Source: a virus (taxonomy: Duplodnaviria > Caudoviricetes). Taken from it: a DNA stretch of 64,000 nucleotides. Location of the stretch: positions 64,001 through 128,000 of the IMG/VR virus record IMGVR_UViG_3300044297_000138, one strand, 5' to 3'. The notes below the pieces were generated by a model that made no database searches, was not told the DNA's origin, and worked only from the letters and a program-made list of their open reading frames with translations. Numbering within the stretch: position 1 is the first letter of the stretch; every line of letters begins with the position of its first letter. Both the position numbers and the translations under genes were made by a program. Below are positions 10,347-20,038 of the stretch, one piece after another.

Positions 10347-11407
10347 AAATAGCGTTAATAACTGACCAACATTTTGGTGTTCGCAACGATGCATTACATG
10401 TTTTGGATTTTTACGAAAAATTTTATAAAGACGTATTCTTTCCAAGAATCAAAGAAGAAAAAGTCGATGCAGTATTGATGTTAGGTGATACATTTGACCG
10501 TAGAAAATATCTCAACTTCAATACACTTAAACGTGCCAAAGAAATGTTCTTTGATCCTTTGGCTTATATGGGTATTGATGTGCATATTTTGGCTGGTAAC
10601 CATGACACATATTTTAAAAATACCAACGAAGTGAATTCGGTAGATTTATTACTGAAAGAATACAGCAGTTCATTTAATGTGATTGATCATCCAACTGAAA
10701 TCTATGTTGGACCACATAAGATATGCATGATGCCATGGATTTGTGCCGAAAACTATGATGATTCAATGCAAACATTGAAAGAGACTGATGCAACCATTTG
10801 TTGTGGCCATTTTGAAATCGCAGGTTTTGCCATGTATCGTGGTATGCCATCTGAGGAAGGACTAGATCGTGGAATGTTTCGTAAATTCAATTATACTTTT
10901 AGTGGGCACTACCATCATAAGTCTAGTGACGGCGGTATACATTATTTGGGCAATCCATACGAACTTACGTGGCAAGATTACAATGATAGTCGTGGCTTTC
11001 ATATACTTGATTTGGACACCGATAGCCTTGAGTTCGTTGAAAATCCTCACAAGATGTTCTTTAAATTGATTTATGATGACAAGAATGATTCCATAACCGA
11101 TATTACAAATATAGATATGGGACCATATAAAGATACCTATGTCAAAGTGGTTGTAATGAACAAAACCAATCCATATTTGTTTGACAAGTTTATGAATAAT
11201 CTGTATAATGTCAACCCATCAGACATTACGATTGTTGAGGACTTCACCGACATAAACGAAGGTGTTGATGAGGTTGTGGATCAGGCCGAAGATACCTTGA
11301 CAATATTAAACAAGTATGTTGATTCCGTTCAAGAAGAAAACATAGATAATATTAGATTGAAAAATTTGTTGAAACAACTTTATGTGGAAGCAATTAATAT
11401 AGAATGA
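10343..11407 (+). CDS. gp47: Recombination endonuclease, Mre11/SbcD-like
   Basis: TDQHFG, GDTFDRR, GNHD, SGHYH metallophosphoesterase motifs. Confidence 0.96.
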   Translation: MKIALITDQHFGVRNDALHVLDFYEKFYKDVFFPRIKEEKVDAVLMLGDTFDRRKYLNFNTLKRAKEMFFDPLAYMGIDVHILAGNHDTYFKNTNEVNSVDLLLKEYSSSFNVIDHPTEIYVGPHKICMMPWICAENYDDSMQTLKETDATICCGHFEIAGFAMYRGMPSEEGLDRGMFRKFNYTFSGHYHHKSSDGGIHYLGNPYELTWQDYNDSRGFHILDLDTDSLEFVENPHKMFFKLIYDDKNDSITDITNIDMGPYKDTYVKVVVMNKTNPYLFDKFMNNLYNVNPSDITIVEDFTDINEGVDEVVDQAEDTLTILNKYVDSVQEENIDNIRLKNLLKQLYVEAINIE

Positions 11408-13122
11408 TTTTATTCCAAAAAATTCGCTGGAAAAATTTCTTATCAACTGGCGCACACTTCACAGAACTAAACTTCACGAAGTCTCCTAATACTTTGATTG
11501 TAGGCCAAAATGGTGCCGGTAAATCTACTGTATTGGATGCTTTGTGTTTTGGATTATTTGGTAAGCCCTTTCGGAAGATAAATAAACCACAACTGTTAAA
11601 TTCTATCAATGCTCGTGATGCACTTGTTGAGATTGAATTTGAAATTGGTAAAAAGAAATACAAAGTTATTCGTGGTATCAAACCAAATGTGTTTGAAATC
11701 TATTTGAATGGCGTATTGCTGAACCAGGATGCAGCTGCGAAAGATTACCAAGACGTACTAGAGAATCAAATTCTCAAATTAAATTTTAAGTCTTTTACGC
11801 AGGTTGTTATCCTTGGTTCAGCATCTTTTGTTCCTTTCATGCAACTGTCGGCCGCAGACAGAAGAACCATCATTGAAGATTTGTTAGATATTCAAATCTT
11901 TTCCACAATGCATGGTGTTTCCAAAGACATGCTTTCAATTAACAAAGAAAACTTGACCACAACCAAGTATGATATTTCTTTGCTTGAAGAAAAAATTAAG
12001 ATGCAAAAGGAAACAATTGAAGAAAATAAGAAACACAATGATGAAGAAATCACCAAGAAAAATACCGAGATTGGTAATTCACAGAATCAATACAATAAAT
12101 TACAAGAAGATAATAAATTAATACAAAAACATTGTGACCAAATCACACTCAAAATTGGTGATAGAAAACAAAAATTGGAAAAGAAATCAAAAGGTTTGTT
12201 TCAGGTACAAGGCAAAATTCAAACAAATATAAACAGACATACAAAAGATATTGAATTTTATGAAAACAACCATGACTGTCCGACATGTAAACAATCCATT
12301 ACAGAAGAATGGAAACAATCACAACTTGATACAAAAAACACCAAGATTGGTGAACAGAAAAAGAATCTTGAAGAAGTTGAGGATGCAATCAAGGACGTTA
12401 CGAATGAACTTACAGAAGTTTCAAACCTAGTCAATCATGTCAACGGACATACTAGTGAGATTACAAAAAATATGGCTACGATGGCCGCTATATTGGATTA
12501 TATTAGTAAATTACAGGCAGATGTAACCGAACTTTCTAAAAAAGTTGGTAATACAGAGGAAGATAATGTAAAGCTAACAGAACTAAAAACAGAGTTAGCG
12601 AATAAAGAACAATCTTATCAAACATTGATAGTAGATAAACAGTATTTGGAATATGCCGGTACATTGTTAAAAGATGGTGGTATTAAAACCAGAATTATTA
12701 AACAGTATTTGCCGATTATGAACAAATTAATAAACAAGTATTTATCGGCAATGGACTTTTTTGTCAATTTTAATATTGATGAAAACTTTAATGAAACAAT
12801 TAAGAGCCGCTTTCGTGATGAGTTTTCTTATGCAAACTTTTCTGAAGGTGAAAAGATGCGTATTGATTTGGCTTTGTTGTTCACCTGGCGACAAATTGCC
12901 AAAATTAAAAACAGTACCAATACTAATCTATTGATATTAGATGAGGTGTTTGATTCAAGTTTGGATATCGTAGGCACAGAAGAATTTTTAAAATTGATTC
13001 AAGAAATGGGCAAAGACACAAACATCTTTGTTATCAGCCATAAAGGAGATCAACTGTTTGATAAATTCCGTTCTGTAATTAAGTTTGAGAAAAAAGGAAA
13101 CTTTTCAAGGATTGCAAAATGA
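11404..13122 (+). CDS. gp46: Recombination ATPase, Rad50/SbcC-like
   Basis: GQNGAGKS, CPTC zinc hook, FSEGEK, LILDEVFD, SH. Confidence 0.97.
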   Translation: MILFQKIRWKNFLSTGAHFTELNFTKSPNTLIVGQNGAGKSTVLDALCFGLFGKPFRKINKPQLLNSINARDALVEIEFEIGKKKYKVIRGIKPNVFEIYLNGVLLNQDAAAKDYQDVLENQILKLNFKSFTQVVILGSASFVPFMQLSAADRRTIIEDLLDIQIFSTMHGVSKDMLSINKENLTTTKYDISLLEEKIKMQKETIEENKKHNDEEITKKNTEIGNSQNQYNKLQEDNKLIQKHCDQITLKIGDRKQKLEKKSKGLFQVQGKIQTNINRHTKDIEFYENNHDCPTCKQSITEEWKQSQLDTKNTKIGEQKKNLEEVEDAIKDVTNELTEVSNLVNHVNGHTSEITKNMATMAAILDYISKLQADVTELSKKVGNTEEDNVKLTELKTELANKEQSYQTLIVDKQYLEYAGTLLKDGGIKTRIIKQYLPIMNKLINKYLSAMDFFVNFNIDENFNETIKSRFRDEFSYANFSEGEKMRIDLALLFTWRQIAKIKNSTNTNLLILDEVFDSSLDIVGTEEFLKLIQEMGKDTNIFVISHKGDQLFDKFRSVIKFEKKGNFSRIAK

Positions 13123-13727
13123 GTAATGAAAATGATATTGTTTTATACGACACAGGCGAAGCGAGTAAATTAACAAAGGTTGAAAAACAACCATTAAAAA
13201 CATTTGATTTGGTTCCACCAGATTGGCCTACATTACACAGACCAACAATAGAATTTGATTTTGAAAAACCTCCTGTTGATCCTAATGAGTTCGCATCTTC
13301 ACTTGTGGAAACATGTAAGAAGAATAATGGTCTAGGTCTTTCTGCCAATCAATGTGGTTATCCTTACCAAGTGTTTGTAATGGGTAGTGGTGATAATTAT
13401 ATTTCCTGTTTCAATCCAAAATTGATTTCTGCCGAAGGTGAAACACATATGGCTGAAGGGTGTCTTTCTTTTCCATTATTACAACTCAGAATTACAAGAC
13501 CAAAGAAAATAAATGTGGAATACCAGGACTGGAATGGCGAGAAACATACCACAACTTTTGATGGTATAACCGCCAGAGTCTTTCTACATGAGCTTGACCA
13601 CATGAACGGAATAGTGTATACTAGCCGTGTAAAACCTCTTGCATTACAATCTGGTATTAAAAAACTGGAAAAAATTAAGCGCAAGTATTTTAATCCTAAT
13701 ATGATGAAAAAAATTGTGAATGGCTAA
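13119..13727 (+). CDS. def: Peptide deformylase
   Basis: GLGLSANQ, EGCLS, HELDH motifs. Confidence 0.95.
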   Translation: MSNENDIVLYDTGEASKLTKVEKQPLKTFDLVPPDWPTLHRPTIEFDFEKPPVDPNEFASSLVETCKKNNGLGLSANQCGYPYQVFVMGSGDNYISCFNPKLISAEGETHMAEGCLSFPLLQLRITRPKKINVEYQDWNGEKHTTTFDGITARVFLHELDHMNGIVYTSRVKPLALQSGIKKLEKIKRKYFNPNMMKKIVNG

Positions 13728-15051
13728 AAAATTACAAATAATTAATACTGTTTTTGGTGAAGAAGAACAGGTTGTAAATTCCAAAGAAGTTCCAAGTATT
13801 GATGAACAATGGAAAATTTATCAAAGTTCTAAAGACTTTGCTAACATTGAACATATTGACACCGAACAATTAAAACATGATTTGATTACCGATTTAACAA
13901 TTAAATCGCAAATGGATGTTCGTGAGTATACTTTGTACCAAAAATGGTGTGAAGTTAAAGAGAAGTTTCCAACCAATAAAAATACTTTGGTTGGTGTGCC
14001 AACTTTGATAAACACAAAACACGAAGAACTCATTTCTAAATTTAAATCAAATATTTGGGTGCCTAACGATCCGGATGATTTTGCAAAATTGAAACCAAAA
14101 ATGAAGTTATGTAATGATTCTTCATCAAAAGATTATAATGCAGAAAATTGGAATATTTTGCGTACCTTTTCTTCCACAATGAAGAACAATTCAAACATTG
14201 GCCGCAATCTATATTACATCGTGATTGATGAAGTAACAGAAAAAAATCTAGGTGTTATTTGTATTTCATCCGACTTTTTGGATTTAACACCAAGAGATAA
14301 GTATATTGGTTGGCCTAAAGATATTAAGACCACCGGTAATATGATTAATCATACTGCCATTGGTTCAACGATTGTGCCACTACAACCTCTTGGTTTTAAT
14401 TACATGGGTGGCAAATTATTGGCATTGTTATGCCTTTCAGATACAGTTCAAAACGATTGGAGAAATCAGTATGGAGATGTTCTTGTTGGCGTTACTACTA
14501 CTTCTTTATATGGTAATACAAAGTCCAATGGGTTATCTCAGTATGACGGATTGGAACACTGGAACAAAATGGGATTTAGTTCGGGTTCAGTTGCTTTTGA
14601 TCCTGATAGAACTATACTTAATCGTATCTATAATTGGGTAAAAGAAAATCACACCAAACATTATTTTGAATGGTGGGAAGCCAAGAAGCCCAATGGTCTA
14701 CCTTACAAACGTGACCATAAAAACCGAACATTGCATTTTGCATATAGCAAGATGAAGATACCAAAAGATTTGGTAAAATGTGCCCACCAACGTGGCATTT
14801 ATTTTTCGCCTCTGTATAACAATACATGCGAATTTTTACGCAAAGAGATTACGGCAGATCAACTGGTAAAGTCTTTCGATACCAGTGAAGAAACTTTGGC
14901 AAATATTTGGAAAACAAAGTATGCCAAAGGCCGTATTTCCATGTTGAAGAAAAAGAACAATGTATCGTATGAATCACTATTCTACGATGATCTTATCTTC
15001 ATGTCATGGGAAGAAACTAAAGCAAAATACCTACCACAAGTTGGTCGGTAA
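13720..15051 (+). CDS. DUF4338/DruA-like protein
   Basis: IVPLQPLGFNYMGGKLLA, TTTSLYG, SQYDGL; paralogue of 39153-40259. Confidence 0.65.
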   Translation: MAKKLQIINTVFGEEEQVVNSKEVPSIDEQWKIYQSSKDFANIEHIDTEQLKHDLITDLTIKSQMDVREYTLYQKWCEVKEKFPTNKNTLVGVPTLINTKHEELISKFKSNIWVPNDPDDFAKLKPKMKLCNDSSSKDYNAENWNILRTFSSTMKNNSNIGRNLYYIVIDEVTEKNLGVICISSDFLDLTPRDKYIGWPKDIKTTGNMINHTAIGSTIVPLQPLGFNYMGGKLLALLCLSDTVQNDWRNQYGDVLVGVTTTSLYGNTKSNGLSQYDGLEHWNKMGFSSGSVAFDPDRTILNRIYNWVKENHTKHYFEWWEAKKPNGLPYKRDHKNRTLHFAYSKMKIPKDLVKCAHQRGIYFSPLYNNTCEFLRKEITADQLVKSFDTSEETLANIWKTKYAKGRISMLKKKNNVSYESLFYDDLIFMSWEETKAKYLPQVGR

Positions 15052-15055
15052 TTGC

Positions 15056-15084
15056 TTGACACATATACTATATAATAGTATAAT
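15056..15084 (+). promoter_or_regulatory. Consensus sigma70 promoter
   Basis: TTGACA-N17-TATAAT, exact. Confidence 0.9.
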
Positions 15085-15138
15085 GCACCTACTTGCAAAA
15101 GCAGGTTTACTTTATTAACTTATCATTAGGAGTTTGAT

Positions 15139-15405
15139 ATGAAATTGTCAGCTAAACAACGTATCCTTAATTTCTTGAGCAAGAAACAAGGTTACAACAC
15201 TTTGTCCGTTGCACAGGCTCGTGCTCGTTTCGGCGTTCAAAACGTCAGCGCTCGCATTGAGGAACTTCGCCAAGAAGGTCATTGCATCTACACAAACACC
15301 AAGCGCCGTGCTGACGGCAGCAAGGTTAGTGTTTATCGCCTAGGCACACCTACCAGATCCATGGTTCGTGCTGCTATCAAAGGTGGTTTCAGCTTTAATG
15401 CCTAA
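15139..15405 (+). CDS. Small winged-helix/HTH DNA-binding protein
   Basis: LSVAQARARFGVQNVSARIEELRQEGH...YRL pattern; basic; AGGAG RBS. Confidence 0.7.
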   Translation: MKLSAKQRILNFLSKKQGYNTLSVAQARARFGVQNVSARIEELRQEGHCIYTNTKRRADGSKVSVYRLGTPTRSMVRAAIKGGFSFNA

Positions 15406-15419
15406 TCATTAGGCCTTCA

Positions 15420-15451
15420 GGGAGACGCCGTAATTGGCTCTCCCTTTTTTT
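15420..15451 (+). terminator. Intrinsic terminator
   Basis: GGGAGA-C-GCC...GGC-TCTCCC + T7. Confidence 0.8.
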
Positions 15452-15466
15452 GTTTTTGGAGAGAAA

Positions 15467-16285
15467 ATGGAAATTAAAATTTCAAAAGAAGAATTATCCA
15501 AAAAAAGTATTTTTGTGGCCACACCCATGTATGGCGGCATGAATCACGGATTATATGCTAAAGCTTGTTTAGACCTACAGGCTCTCTGTGTCCACTATGG
15601 CGTACAAGTTAAATTTTCATTTCTTTTCAATGAATCTTTAATTACCCGTGCCAGAAACTATCTTGTTGATGAATTTTTGAATCGTTCAGACTGCACACAT
15701 ATGTTGTTTATTGATTCAGACATTCACTTTGATCCTAAAGATGTAATCGCACTTTTGGCTTTGGACAGAGATGTGATAGGTGGTCCCTATCCAAAGAAAG
15801 CAATCAAGTGGCGTTCTGTTAGAAAAGCCATGGAAAAGAATCCAGACATTGATGTTGGTGTTTTGGAAAAAGTAACTGGTGATTATGTTTTTAATCCAGT
15901 TAAGGGCACCGCACAATTTTCCGTTACTGAACCTTTGGAAGTTTTGGAAATTGGAACAGGTTACATGATGATTAAGAGAGAAGTTTTCCCTGTAATGGAG
16001 AAGGCATATCCTCAACTTCGTTATCGTCCTGACCACGTTGGCCAAGCACACTTCGATGGTTCTCGTTACATTCATGCGTTCTTTGATACTATCATTGACA
16101 CAGCAGATTCAGCTACTGGTGGTGGTTCTGATCGTTATTTGAGTGAAGATTATATGTTCTGCCAGTTGTGGAGAAAAGCTGGTGGTAAAATCTGGCTATG
16201 TCCTTGGATGAAAACACAACACATTGGTACATATCATTTTACTGGTGATATGCCTGCTGTTGCCAATTTCGTTGGAGAGATGTAA
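15467..16285 (+). CDS. GT-A fold glycosyltransferase-like protein
   Basis: VATPMYGG, ESLITRARN, LFIDSD (DxD), YLSEDYMFC. Confidence 0.75.
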   Translation: MEIKISKEELSKKSIFVATPMYGGMNHGLYAKACLDLQALCVHYGVQVKFSFLFNESLITRARNYLVDEFLNRSDCTHMLFIDSDIHFDPKDVIALLALDRDVIGGPYPKKAIKWRSVRKAMEKNPDIDVGVLEKVTGDYVFNPVKGTAQFSVTEPLEVLEIGTGYMMIKREVFPVMEKAYPQLRYRPDHVGQAHFDGSRYIHAFFDTIIDTADSATGGGSDRYLSEDYMFCQLWRKAGGKIWLCPWMKTQHIGTYHFTGDMPAVANFVGEM

Positions 16286-16286
16286 A

Positions 16287-16676
16287 ATGGCCATGTATGA
16301 AGAATATGATACTATTCAATTACCTAAAAATATTGAAGATCAAATAGAGAAAACAAAGTTATCTCTTATATCAGAACCTCTTGGTCGTAAATTTGATGGC
16401 GGCAAACTAGAATATGGTTTGCTTCCACCATATGCACTACAAGAAACTGTTAAAGTTTTAACTTTTGGTGCTCAGAAATATGAACGTAACAATTGGATTC
16501 ATGTAGACGATGGTATTCGCCGATACTTTGATGCACTACAACGACATGTATGGGCATGGAAAATGGGTGAAAACATTGATCCAGAATCAGGTCTACATCA
16601 TTTGGCACACGCCATGTGTTGTTTGATGTTCTTGTATGAAAGAGAAGTAATTTATAATGAAAAGGATGTGAAATGA
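16287..16676 (+). CDS. DUF5664-type dATP/dGTP diphosphohydrolase domain protein
   Basis: GRKFDGGK..YGLLP, VLTFGAQKY..NNW, DPESGLHHLAHAMCCLMFL. Confidence 0.8.
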   Translation: MAMYEEYDTIQLPKNIEDQIEKTKLSLISEPLGRKFDGGKLEYGLLPPYALQETVKVLTFGAQKYERNNWIHVDDGIRRYFDALQRHVWAWKMGENIDPESGLHHLAHAMCCLMFLYEREVIYNEKDVK

Positions 16677-17347
16677 AACTATCAAATGAAACGCTAAACG
16701 TATTGAAAAACTTTGCTGGTATTAATTCCGGTATTGAATTCAAACAAGGAAATAAAATTTCCACAATCTCATCTACTAAAACTGTGTTGGCAAAAGCCAC
16801 ACTCAAAGATGAATTCCCACAAGACTTTTGTATCTATGACTTGAATCAGTTTTTATCTGTTCATTCATTGAGTAAAGATACTGAGTTGGACTTTGATTCT
16901 CAAAATGTTATTTTTAAAGCAGGCCGTTCAAAGACCAAATATCGCATGACGGCAAAAAACATGATTGTTTCTCCTCCGGACAAAGAGTTGAAACTACCAT
17001 CTATTGACGCTGAGTTCAAGTTGACACAAGATGATTTATCACAAGCATTGAAGAACGCTTCTGTTTTACAATCACCTAACCTTGCATTTGAATCTGATGG
17101 CGAAACAGTTTCTGTTACCGTATTTAATGCAAAGGATGATTCTGCACACACCAACACAACCATTATTCATAGTGATGGTCAGTATAGGAAATTTAAAGCA
17201 GTATTCTTGGTTGAAAACTTTAAGATGATTCCCGACACTTATAATGTTGAAGTTTCGTCTGCTGGACTTTCATCGTTTAAGAATGAAGCCGGAGATATGC
17301 AATATTTTATTGCCATTGAATCTAAAGATTCCAAGTTCGGAGAATAA
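16673..17347 (+). CDS. gp45: Sliding clamp
   Basis: MKLSNETLNVLKNFAGIN, FCIYDLNQFL, YFIAIE. Confidence 0.95.
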   Translation: MKLSNETLNVLKNFAGINSGIEFKQGNKISTISSTKTVLAKATLKDEFPQDFCIYDLNQFLSVHSLSKDTELDFDSQNVIFKAGRSKTKYRMTAKNMIVSPPDKELKLPSIDAEFKLTQDDLSQALKNASVLQSPNLAFESDGETVSVTVFNAKDDSAHTNTTIIHSDGQYRKFKAVFLVENFKMIPDTYNVEVSSAGLSSFKNEAGDMQYFIAIESKDSKFGE

Positions 17348-17348
17348 T

Positions 17349-17543
17349 ATGTTGTTATATTTTACTGATGCCATCAATAACAAAAGTGTGGCCGTAAATC
17401 CTGACCATATTATTGCCGTATTTGTTGGACCTGAAAACACCGAACTTGCAGGTAAAACAATCATCAATATTCCATCAGGCACTTTGGCTGTTGTTGAAGA
17501 ATTTATGGGTGTTGTTGGTAGAATCAACGGAGAATTGAAATGA
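17349..17543 (+). CDS. Hypothetical protein
   Basis: 64-aa ORF, GGAG RBS, coupled to neighbours. Confidence 0.65.
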   Translation: MLLYFTDAINNKSVAVNPDHIIAVFVGPENTELAGKTIINIPSGTLAVVEEFMGVVGRINGELK

Positions 17544-17815
17544 CTAAAGTGAATACATTGTTTGGTTCATTTGATGATGAACAGTTGAAAAAACTTAAAG
17601 GTTATATTGATGAAGTTGTTTTGCACATGAATAGAAACAAAGCCAACAATGAAGCCATTAAAGATATCATTGATGCCGCAACTGACGAATTGAAAGTTCC
17701 TAAGAAAATCGTCAAACGCATGGCAAAAACACAATTCAACAATTCTTTCCAAACAGAAGTTGCTGAATCAAAAGAGTTTGAGGCCTTATTTGAATCCATG
17801 CAGGATATCAAATGA
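17540..17815 (+). CDS. T4 DsbA-like dsDNA-binding protein
   Basis: EAIKDIIDAATDELKVPKKIVKRMAK...EFEALFE pattern. Confidence 0.65.
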   Translation: MTKVNTLFGSFDDEQLKKLKGYIDEVVLHMNRNKANNEAIKDIIDAATDELKVPKKIVKRMAKTQFNNSFQTEVAESKEFEALFESMQDIK

Positions 17816-18165
17816 ATGACCTGGTAGGACGTAGAACCTTCGCCAAGACCCTAGGCCTTGCTGGCTTAGTGGTTGCAGGCGTATCTGCATACAGGGAAGT
17901 CAAGGAACGGATCGTCTACAAACAAGATGAACTTCCAACCAAGGAATTGGAACAACAACTTGAAAATAAACCTGTGTTGCAACTACAAGCGACATACGGA
18001 GAAGAAGTTCCACCATCAAGAATTTATGGCACAAATGCCATGTATATTATTAATACTGGTCCAATTTATAAACCAGGAACAGAAAAACGTGTTCAGGTAA
18101 ACATTGTACCAGGTCCTGATGGTAAACTTTACGTCAAAGAGAATGACACTTGGCGTAAAATCTGA
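17812..18165 (+). CDS. Hypothetical protein with twin-arginine-like signal
   Basis: GRRTFAK followed by hydrophobic stretch. Confidence 0.6.
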   Translation: MNDLVGRRTFAKTLGLAGLVVAGVSAYREVKERIVYKQDELPTKELEQQLENKPVLQLQATYGEEVPPSRIYGTNAMYIINTGPIYKPGTEKRVQVNIVPGPDGKLYVKENDTWRKI

Positions 18166-18197
18166 TATAATTATGTTTTTTATTATGGAGTTTTTGA

Positions 18198-19130
18198 ATG
18201 AGCGAACACATCTTGTGGGTGGAGAAGTATCGTCCACATAAAATTGAAGATTGTATTCTTCCTGATGCACTAAAAAATACCTTTCAGGAATATGTAAATC
18301 GTAAAGAAATCCCTAACCTATTGTTTGCAGGCTCTGCTGGTGTCGGTAAGACAACCGTGGCTCGAGCTCTTTGTGAAGAAGTTGGTTGTGATTACATTGT
18401 TATCAACGGTTCAGAAGAAAACGGCGTTGATACCATTCGTATCAAGATTCGTAACTATGCTTCATCTATGTCGCTTATGGGTGGACGCAAAGTTGTTATT
18501 CTAGACGAAGCAGATTATCTAACACCTAACGCACAAGCTATCCTACGTGCAGGTATTGAAGAATTCTCCAACAATTGTTCTTTCATATTCACCTGTAACT
18601 TTAAAAACAGGATAATTGATCCTATTCATTCTCGGTGTACAGTTATTGACTTTAAGCCCAATGGTTCTAAAGCCAAAATGGCTACACAATTCTTCAAACG
18701 AGTTGAAAACATTCTTGCAGAAGAAAATATTGAGTATGACAAAGAAGTTGTGGCAGCTGTTATCACCAAACACTTCCCAGACAATCGTAGAATTCTAAAT
18801 GAGTTGCAACGTTATGGTGTGAGTGGTAAGATTGACCGTGGTATTTTGGCTGCGGTTTCTGACATTAAGATGACTGAGTTAATTTCCTCACTCAAGGATA
18901 AAGACTTTGCATCTTGCCGTAAATGGGTTACAAATAACCTAGATAACGACCAGACAAGAATCTTCCGCAACATCTATGATGGTCTCTATGAACAACTAAA
19001 AGCCAATTCTGTTCCACAGTTGGTTCTTATTCTTGCCAAGTATCAATATCAGGCCGCCTTTGTGGCAGACCATGAAATCAATTTGATTGCCTGCTTGACA
19101 GAAATTATGATTGAATGTGAATTCAAATGA
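18198..19130 (+). CDS. gp44: Clamp loader large subunit
   Basis: LWVEKYRP, GSAGVGKTT, ILDEAD, SRC. Confidence 0.97.
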   Translation: MSEHILWVEKYRPHKIEDCILPDALKNTFQEYVNRKEIPNLLFAGSAGVGKTTVARALCEEVGCDYIVINGSEENGVDTIRIKIRNYASSMSLMGGRKVVILDEADYLTPNAQAILRAGIEEFSNNCSFIFTCNFKNRIIDPIHSRCTVIDFKPNGSKAKMATQFFKRVENILAEENIEYDKEVVAAVITKHFPDNRRILNELQRYGVSGKIDRGILAAVSDIKMTELISSLKDKDFASCRKWVTNNLDNDQTRIFRNIYDGLYEQLKANSVPQLVLILAKYQYQAAFVADHEINLIACLTEIMIECEFK

Positions 19131-19501
19131 GTCCGTTTGATTATGTAGACCTGGTTCTCCATAAAAAGAAACAAGATGGAGACCTTGATTTTGTAGATTA
19201 CGCACCATTTATTGTCAATCGGTCACTTTCATATCATTTGGATTGTGTATTATATGCACAAGAAATGAATCTTTGGCCTGCATTGGACAAAGATATGCAA
19301 TACCAGTATCTTCTAAATAGTATCAGGCCTATGAAACGGAAGTTTGCTCCGTGGCAAAAGTCTAAAGTGGAAGAGAATATTGATTGTATCAAAACATATT
19401 TTGGTTATTCAAATCAAAAAGCCAAAGAGGCTTTGCATATTCTTTCTGATGAACAAATCGCTGAAATAAAAAGAAAAACAGATAAAGGCGGAGTGAAATG
19501 A
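19127..19501 (+). CDS. gp62: Clamp loader small subunit
   Basis: YAPFIVNRSLS, YFGYSNQKAKEAL; follows gp44. Confidence 0.92.
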   Translation: MSPFDYVDLVLHKKKQDGDLDFVDYAPFIVNRSLSYHLDCVLYAQEMNLWPALDKDMQYQYLLNSIRPMKRKFAPWQKSKVEENIDCIKTYFGYSNQKAKEALHILSDEQIAEIKRKTDKGGVK

Positions 19502-19905
19502 TTGACATTAAAGATTTGGTAGAAGTGACATTGAAAGAACAAGATGATTTCTTAAAAGTTCGTGAAACATTAACACGTATTGGTGTCGCTTCCAAAAAAG
19601 ATAAAACACTATACCAATCTTGCCACATTCTCCACAAACGTGGACAATACTATGTGGTACACTTTAAAGAACTATTTGCACTAGACGGAAAGCCAACGGA
19701 CATTACTGATAATGACTTGGCTCGTAGAAATGCAATCGTTAATTTATTAGAAGATTGGGGTCTGTTAAAAGTGGTAAACAAAGAACAGACACAGAAACCA
19801 GAACCAATCTTTCTTTCTCAGGTGAAGATACTTTCACACAAAGAAAAACATGAATGGCAATTGGTACCAAAATATAATATTGGTAAAAAACCACAAAATA
19901 CTTAA
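19498..19905 (+). CDS. regA: Translational repressor RegA
   Basis: DDFLKVRETLTRIGVAS, LYQSCHILHKRGQYYVVHFKELF. Confidence 0.97.
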   Translation: MIDIKDLVEVTLKEQDDFLKVRETLTRIGVASKKDKTLYQSCHILHKRGQYYVVHFKELFALDGKPTDITDNDLARRNAIVNLLEDWGLLKVVNKEQTQKPEPIFLSQVKILSHKEKHEWQLVPKYNIGKKPQNT

Positions 19906-19926
19906 TTTATTGACTAAATAAGTATG

Positions 19927-20038
19927 TCCCATCGGGATGGGAACCAGCAGTCCGAGGTAAGGCTGGTTATAAATTCCTCGGGTCAACGCCTTTTAGGGTT
20001 GGCAAATTTTAATTAACTCGCTTTTTAAGGAGAAACAA
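19927..20038 (+). promoter_or_regulatory. Structured hsp20 5' UTR with ROSE-like SD-occluding hairpin
   Basis: Three upstream stems incl. a pseudoknot; CTCGCTT pairs with AAGGAG leaving a bulged G. Confidence 0.6.

Noticed and set aside
13720-15051. Complete Druantia defence system
   Set aside because: No DruE-like large helicase or other dru genes in the window
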